DNA of 64,000 bases, from IMG/VR virus record IMGVR_UViG_3300033141_002732; one strand, written 5' to 3'. Position numbers and translations under genes: made by a program. Position 1 is the stretch's first letter. Every line of letters starts with the position of its first letter. The notes beneath the pieces were generated by a model. The model saw only the letters and a program-made list of their open reading frames with translations, did not search any database and was not told the origin of the DNA. This document shows positions 58,891-64,000 of this stretch, in pieces. This DNA comes from a virus. Lineage: Duplodnaviria; Heunggongvirae; Uroviricota; Caudoviricetes.

Positions 58891-59960
58891 AAATATTTTT
58901 AGTTGTTGGGGCTAGACCAAATTTTATGAAAATAGCTCCGCTAATTCGAGAATTAAAAGGATATCCAAATATTGAATACAAAATAATTCATACGGGACAG
59001 CATTATGATTTTACAATGAGTGAAATATTTTTTAGAAATTTAGATATACCAAAACCTGATATAAATTTAGGAGTTGGATCTTCTAGTCATGCTTTACAAA
59101 CTGCTCAAATAATGTCAAAATTTGAGAGAATATGTTTAGAAGAAGGTCCTGATATTGTTATTGTTGTTGGTGATGTAAATTCTACTTTAGCTTGTTCTTT
59201 AGTAGTATCTAAAATTGGTGGAATTAAGTTAGCTCATATTGAAGCTGGTGAAAGAAGTTTTGATAAAAGTATGCCAGAAGAAACTAATAGAATTGTGGTA
59301 GATCATATTTCTGACTATTTATTTTGTGCGACCCAAAAATCTTATGAAAATTTAAAAAATGAAGGACTTGAAAATAAAGCATTTTTAGTTGGAAATATAA
59401 TAATAGATAATTTGCTTTATTATGAGAAAAAAATTGAACTTATTCGTGATAAAGAACCTCATATTTTACTTACAATACATAGAGAATCTAATACAAATAA
59501 TTTAGAAAATCTTCAAAACATATTAATAGCAGTTTCTAAAATAAAAGATAAATCTGGTGTTAATATAATATTTCCAATTCATCCAAGAACTGCAAAACAA
59601 ATAGAAAAATTTAATTTGTTTCATTATTTACATAATATTGATATTGTAGATCCTATGTCATATTTATCTTTTTTAAAATGTATGAAAAGTGCTTCTCTTG
59701 TATTAACAGATTCTGGTGGTATTCAAGTTGAAACAACAGTTTTAAATATACCATGTTTGACTTTAAGAGATAATACAGAATGGATATTTACTTTATCAGA
59801 AGGTACAAATCAATTAGTTGGAACTGACATAATAAAAATTATTAATAAGTCTCTAAAAATTTTATATTTTCAAGATGTTAATTCTAATTTATCTGAAGAA
59901 ACAAAAAAATTACTAGATGGAAATGTATCTAATAAAATTATAAATATTCTAGTAGAATAG
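58887..59960 (+). CDS. UDP-N-acetylglucosamine 2-epimerase (WecB/NeuC-like)
   Basis: 'MKIFLVVGARPNFMKIAPLIREL...IHTGQHYD' is the canonical family N-terminus; 'VVGDVNSTLA', 'LTDSGGIQVE'. Confidence 0.75.
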   Translation: MKIFLVVGARPNFMKIAPLIRELKGYPNIEYKIIHTGQHYDFTMSEIFFRNLDIPKPDINLGVGSSSHALQTAQIMSKFERICLEEGPDIVIVVGDVNSTLACSLVVSKIGGIKLAHIEAGERSFDKSMPEETNRIVVDHISDYLFCATQKSYENLKNEGLENKAFLVGNIIIDNLLYYEKKIELIRDKEPHILLTIHRESNTNNLENLQNILIAVSKIKDKSGVNIIFPIHPRTAKQIEKFNLFHYLHNIDIVDPMSYLSFLKCMKSASLVLTDSGGIQVETTVLNIPCLTLRDNTEWIFTLSEGTNQLVGTDIIKIINKSLKILYFQDVNSNLSEETKKLLDGNVSNKIINILVE

Positions 59961-59994
59961 ACTATAATGTCCATTCTACTAGAATATTTTTATA
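59943..59994 (+). terminator. rho-independent terminator
   Basis: 17-bp stem 'aatattctagtagaata'/'cattctactagaatatt' (one mismatch), then a T-run, straddling the WecB stop. Confidence 0.6.
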
Positions 59995-60217
59995 TTATAA
60001 AATCTAAACTATTTAAGTTAATCAAAGAAGTTTTATTTTTGTTTGTTATAAAACATTGTTGGTAATCGAACTCTAAAGATATATTCATTCTCACTAAATC
60101 AAATAAAAAATGATTATATTTTAAATTAAATGTTTTATTTAAACTCCTATATTAAAAAAGTTATTCTTTTTATATTATAGAACAAAATAATATACTAAAA
60201 ATGGAGGTTTTTATAAT

Positions 60218-60520
60218 ATGTTTAATTCTACTCAAAATAAAGTTACTAATTATTTAGATAATTTATATGAACAAGAGAAAGTAAAAATTCCGGTAAAAGC
60301 TGGAGATTTGGGTTTAAGTTTGGATGATCCTTTAGATTCATATAAAAAACAGATTCTAAATGGAAAAAGTTGGGAAGAAATGAGTCAACAATTAAATACA
60401 TTATATGTTTTCAATAAAAATAAACATCCTGATGTTGCAAAGAAAGCTGAAGATAAAAGAGAAGCTCTTTCTAAATGGGTTGAATCAAAAAGAAAAGAGA
60501 ATCCAGATTTTGCAAAATAA
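60218..60520 (+). CDS. hypothetical protein
   Basis: 100 aa; SD 'aaaatggaggtttttataatatg'. Confidence 0.4.
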   Translation: MFNSTQNKVTNYLDNLYEQEKVKIPVKAGDLGLSLDDPLDSYKKQILNGKSWEEMSQQLNTLYVFNKNKHPDVAKKAEDKREALSKWVESKRKENPDFAK

Positions 60521-60792
60521 AAATATTTCATTATATTTAGAGAAGTTATTTTTATCTCCAAATATAATACGAAATTTAAAAAATCAAAATCCAGAAAGTA
60601 TTAAAAAATTAAATACAAAACAACTTTTGGATTATCATAGAAAATGTCATATGTTATATGAATTACATGAAAATAATTTACAATTTAGAAGAGAGATAAT
60701 TAGAATTCATGATATGATTGTAAAAGAAATGGAAAGAAGAAATCTAAAACATAAAACTCCTTTAAAATAAAAAATGAGAAGATTGGTATTTT

Positions 60793-61086
60793 ATGGATAA
60801 TAGTTTAAAATATTTGAAAATGTGTAAATTAGCATATGAGATACAAGTTAGAAGACCCTTTATTGTATATAATGATCAATATATTATTAAATGGTTTGAA
60901 GGTGAATGTATTTGGGTTGTAAAACAAAGTGATCTTCAAAAGATTGTTGGAGTATATCATGAAACTCAATATGGTAATGAATTTTGTGGGGTATGTACTA
61001 TTAAGAATTTTTTATCTTTTTTAGAGTGGTTTGAAAATATTGAGAAGTCTGAGTTTATTGACTTTGATTCTATGGAACAATTATGA
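60793..61086 (+). CDS. hypothetical protein
   Basis: 97 aa. Confidence 0.35.
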   Translation: MDNSLKYLKMCKLAYEIQVRRPFIVYNDQYIIKWFEGECIWVVKQSDLQKIVGVYHETQYGNEFCGVCTIKNFLSFLEWFENIEKSEFIDFDSMEQL

Positions 61087-61188
61087 CTATCTTATGCCAT
61101 GAAAGTTCTTTCCGATAAATACTGGAACTCTATTTTTTGGGAATCCTATTCTAATAGTTTTTATAACCCCACAAAAACATTACAATAT

Positions 61189-62076
61189 TTATAATGTTTG
61201 TTTTACTATATTTATAACATCGATCATTTGGAGCTTTGTTCCATTTTTTGGTGAGCCAATTATACTACCATTTATTGGCCCACCCCATCCTTTTTCTATA
61301 TAATTTAACTTGTTACATAATATTAAAATATCAATATCCTTTCTCTCTACGGATATTGTAAATTTTGGAAAACCATTGTAATTTGGGTTTTTTATAACGA
61401 TAATATCTGCTTTACTTCTTCTTCTAAGATTTGGTAATAAACCATGAATTTTACTTTCCATAAATACTAAACGATAACCCAGAAGTGTTTTTTCTGTTTC
61501 ATATCCATTTTTTAATTCTTTCTTTTTTTCGTTTACTTTCCTCTCTTTTGTTCTTCTATATTTTTCAAATCCTCTAATTGTTTTGAATACACTTTGTTTT
61601 TCTTGAACTAATTTATGAAATATTTCTATTCCTTCCCAGAATTGAAAAATTTCATTTTTTTCTGAATCTAACATTCCATTAAAAATATCAGTTAATCTAG
61701 GAAATTTTGTTTGTCTAACACTTTTTGAAAAACTTAATTTTGAACTGTCTATAATATTTATATATTTAACTAATTTTTCTATATAGGGGTTATTAAAATT
61801 TTCTTTTGTTTTTTTCCAAACTTGAAATGTGGCTGGTTCTGTAGGACCATTAGGATCATGATGATCCCAATTATTTTTCTCTGTTTGTCCACTTCCACCA
61901 CATTCAATACATATTACGTTTGGATTTTCTAAATCTTCATCTGTTGCTTTATCTATTACTGAAAAAATAACGTCTCTTATTGGGTTACAATTTAAAAGGA
62001 ATCCAACTCCACAAGTATCTAAGTCTATTTTGTTACTAACAACAATTTTCATTTTTTTGTTACCATCCATATGCAT
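61189..62076 (-). CDS. hypothetical protein
   Basis: 295-aa ORF. Confidence 0.4.
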   Translation of the reverse strand: MHMDGNKKMKIVVSNKIDLDTCGVGFLLNCNPIRDVIFSVIDKATDEDLENPNVICIECGGSGQTEKNNWDHHDPNGPTEPATFQVWKKTKENFNNPYIEKLVKYINIIDSSKLSFSKSVRQTKFPRLTDIFNGMLDSEKNEIFQFWEGIEIFHKLVQEKQSVFKTIRGFEKYRRTKERKVNEKKKELKNGYETEKTLLGYRLVFMESKIHGLLPNLRRRSKADIIVIKNPNYNGFPKFTISVERKDIDILILCNKLNYIEKGWGGPINGSIIGSPKNGTKLQMIDVINIVKQTL

Positions 62077-62341
62077 TATGTGGAAATGCTTTTTTAATTA
62101 TTTTTGTAAATTCTTTTCCACCATATTTTAATTTTCGAAATTCTCTGATAGCATCTTTTTCTATATCATTTTTACAATACGTTTCTAGATAAGATGAATC
62201 ACATACAGTTTCTGTGACATGATCTCTGGACATAACTCCTTCTTTACCAGCTTCTTCAAGTGCTCGAAGACAATCTTCAGCAATTATGTTCCATGTTTTG
62301 TTTAATGATAAAATAATAATTTTTTCAGTTTCTGGACTCAT
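62060..62341 (-). CDS. hypothetical protein
   Basis: 93-aa ORF co-directional with its downstream neighbour. Confidence 0.35.
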   Translation of the reverse strand: MSPETEKIIILSLNKTWNIIAEDCLRALEEAGKEGVMSRDHVTETVCDSSYLETYCKNDIEKDAIREFRKLKYGGKEFTKIIKKAFPHNAYGW

Positions 62342-62750
62342 TTTTATATCCTTTCTATTTTTATTTTTTCATCTTTAATTGTTACAATATTTCCATTATC
62401 TTCACTGTTCATTTTTTCTAATTGTGAACGATAATATTTTGCATGTTCACTTAATAGTAACATTTTAGAATCTGGATCTCCAAGTTTTCCACAATCTTTT
62501 ATATTAACCATTCTATATCGAAATAGTCTTCATCAATTGCGAATATTTTAGAATATAGTTTTTTAAATCTTTTATTTTATTAGTTCTTTTATAATGACCT
62601 TTTGCATATAAATATATATGTTTATCTGACCCTTCAACTAATTTTTTTGAATCCATAATTATTTTTTTAACCTCCAGTTTTTATTTTATTAAATATTAAT
62701 ATATATATAGTAGAACAAATATAAAAATAGATTTAATTTGGAGAATATAA

Positions 62751-63440
62751 ATGTCTTATCCAGAAAATCCAGAAACTATTGTTTTAAAAAATAAATTTTA
62801 TTCAAATGGTTTAAAAGAAATAGATATATGGAATTATTATCAAAAGAATAAACGTTTATTATTAGAACAAACAAAGAATAGAGATTTAATGTTTTTTATT
62901 GCAACTGAATTGAATAAATTTGTAATTAGAAGAAAAGGAAAAGATGGATATATTAGGTTGACCCAAAATAATTACAATAATATAATGACGGGTAGAACTG
63001 TTAGTGTTCATTCATCTATTGGTTTATATGAAGATATAGGAATAGTTGATATAGATACTGATAATTGGAGTGAAGCAAAAAGAGCAGCTAAAAATGTATA
63101 TGAAGTTATGTTAGATGCTCCATTTGCAAAAAGGGTTTCAATTAGATATACTGGAAAAGAATCTTTTCATATATTTTTTACATTGATGAGAAAAATAAGA
63201 GTTGATTCTATAAAATTTCTTCTGGAGAATTATTTAAGAAAAACTGACTTAATAAAACAATATACAATTCAACCAAAAAGAACTGGTAAAGTTCCAAATT
63301 TGGATATATGGGCTTCTAATAAATTTAAAGGTAATTTTATTTCTTTATATAGTTTATCTATTTGGGGTTTAAAATGTATGGAAGTTCCATATGAAAAGAT
63401 ATTAAGTTTTAATCAAAGAAATGCAGAAATAAAAGTTTAA
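62751..63440 (+). CDS. hypothetical protein
   Basis: 229-aa ORF. Confidence 0.4.
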   Translation: MSYPENPETIVLKNKFYSNGLKEIDIWNYYQKNKRLLLEQTKNRDLMFFIATELNKFVIRRKGKDGYIRLTQNNYNNIMTGRTVSVHSSIGLYEDIGIVDIDTDNWSEAKRAAKNVYEVMLDAPFAKRVSIRYTGKESFHIFFTLMRKIRVDSIKFLLENYLRKTDLIKQYTIQPKRTGKVPNLDIWASNKFKGNFISLYSLSIWGLKCMEVPYEKILSFNQRNAEIKV

Positions 63441-63441
63441 G

Positions 63442-63480
63442 AAGAGGTTGAGTTTTAATTAAAATTCAACCTCTTCTTTT
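63442..63480. terminator. bidirectional rho-independent terminator between convergent genes
   Basis: 'aagaggttgagttttaa|ttaaaattcaacctctt' near-perfect palindrome, flanked by T-runs on both strands. Confidence 0.6.
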
Positions 63481-63481
63481 A

Positions 63482-63979
63482 TTACAATAATGTAAAATTA
63501 TCTTCTTTTTGTTGTTCAAATAGTATAAATCTTGTTTTTGTTTTATTGAAATATGTTTGATATTGTATACAATCATCTATTATTACATCAATAGCATATT
63601 GTTGACAAATTAAAGATTTTGAAGACCACCAATCTTCTTCTTTATATGTCCACCAATTACCACTTTTATCTTGATATATTGGAACATTATTAAATTTTAG
63701 AAAATCAATTATTGATATCATATGTTCATAATGTGTAATATATTCATAACTCAAATATTGAAGTTGTTCATGAATCTCATTAAGTGGAGGGCCTGAAATT
63801 ATATATATTTCTTCATCCATATATCGAAGAAGACGTAATAATTTTTGGAAAAAACTAATATTGGCATCTAGAGTTCCATGTAAATCGAATGCTATTTTCA
63901 TATTCTTTTTCCTTTCTTTTTTTATATTCTTAGTTCTGTCCACCAATGTACATCTGGTGATTTGTTTAGCATTAACCAT
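63482..63979 (-). CDS. HAD-like hydrolase fold protein (tentative)
   Basis: N-terminal 'MKIAFDLHGTLD' resembles HAD motif I (DxDGTL) with the second Asp replaced by His. Confidence 0.3.
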   Translation of the reverse strand: MVNAKQITRCTLVDRTKNIKKERKKNMKIAFDLHGTLDANISFFQKLLRLLRYMDEEIYIISGPPLNEIHEQLQYLSYEYITHYEHMISIIDFLKFNNVPIYQDKSGNWWTYKEEDWWSSKSLICQQYAIDVIIDDCIQYQTYFNKTKTRFILFEQQKEDNFTLL

Positions 63980-64000
63980 TCACAATCTTGATATTTTCCT

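Noticed and set aside
58769-58981. Minus-strand 70-aa ORF across the WecB start
   Set aside because: Antisense to the strong SD-led small ORF and to the WecB N-terminus.
60405-60770. 121-aa ORF overlapping the 3' end of 60218-60520 in another frame
   Set aside because: Its first 38 codons overlap the better-supported upstream gene. Any real gene here would start later (e.g. 'MLYELHENN...'), giving only about 39 aa. Left unannotated.
1-64000. CRISPR arrays, integrase/att sites, rRNA genes and additional tRNAs
   Set aside because: No CRISPR-like repeat-spacer arrays. Only one cloverleaf (tRNA-Arg) is recognisable. No tyrosine or serine recombinase motifs were seen.

Overview
The window is very AT-rich, densely coding DNA with Shine-Dalgarno-type ribosome sites (AAGGAGG-like). 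It looks like a large lytic, T4-like bacteriophage, or similar mobile DNA, of a low-GC bacterium. I could not find an integrase, a CRISPR array or any rRNA.

Positions 1-18,400 are all minus-strand and form a DNA replication, recombination and repair module. Its members are a RecA/UvsX-like recombinase, a ribonucleotide reductase with an HNH homing endonuclease inserted directly downstream, a stand-alone LigD-type 3'-phosphoesterase, a ferritin-like protein, a RuvC-like resolvase, a T4 RNase H/FEN-like 5'-3' exonuclease, a T4-type primase, an RFC-like clamp loader, a Dda/RecD-like SF1 helicase, a Cas4-like nuclease and a secreted 3D-domain protein.

A strand switch at about 18.4-18.5 kb begins a long plus-strand block. 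It opens with hypothetical proteins, a Nudix hydrolase and an actin-like ATPase. From about 27.3 kb to 60 kb it becomes a very large sugar-nucleotide and glycan biosynthesis island. The island holds GT9-, GT4- and GT2-like glycosyltransferases and three NAD-dependent epimerase/dehydratases, one of them SQD1-like. It also holds a DegT-type aminotransferase, a WbpG-like amidotransferase, a hexapeptide acyltransferase, two methyltransferases, UDP-GlcNAc 2-epimerase, an ATP-grasp ligase and an enolase-superfamily enzyme. Beyond these it has NDT-like, OPRT-like and OMP-decarboxylase-like proteins, and an ArfB-like GGQ peptidyl-tRNA hydrolase. A four-member paralog family (RFGDG motif) and a second two-member paralog family are scattered through it. 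A tRNA-Arg(UCU) sits inside the island.

A second, frameshifted copy of the HNH endonuclease lies 24 kb from the first in inverted orientation. Other notable non-coding features are a 21-bp-phased repeat array, a GC-rich double-stem hairpin, a GC-rich island between convergent genes, and two clear intrinsic terminators.

All function calls rest on motif recognition by eye and are unverified by search.
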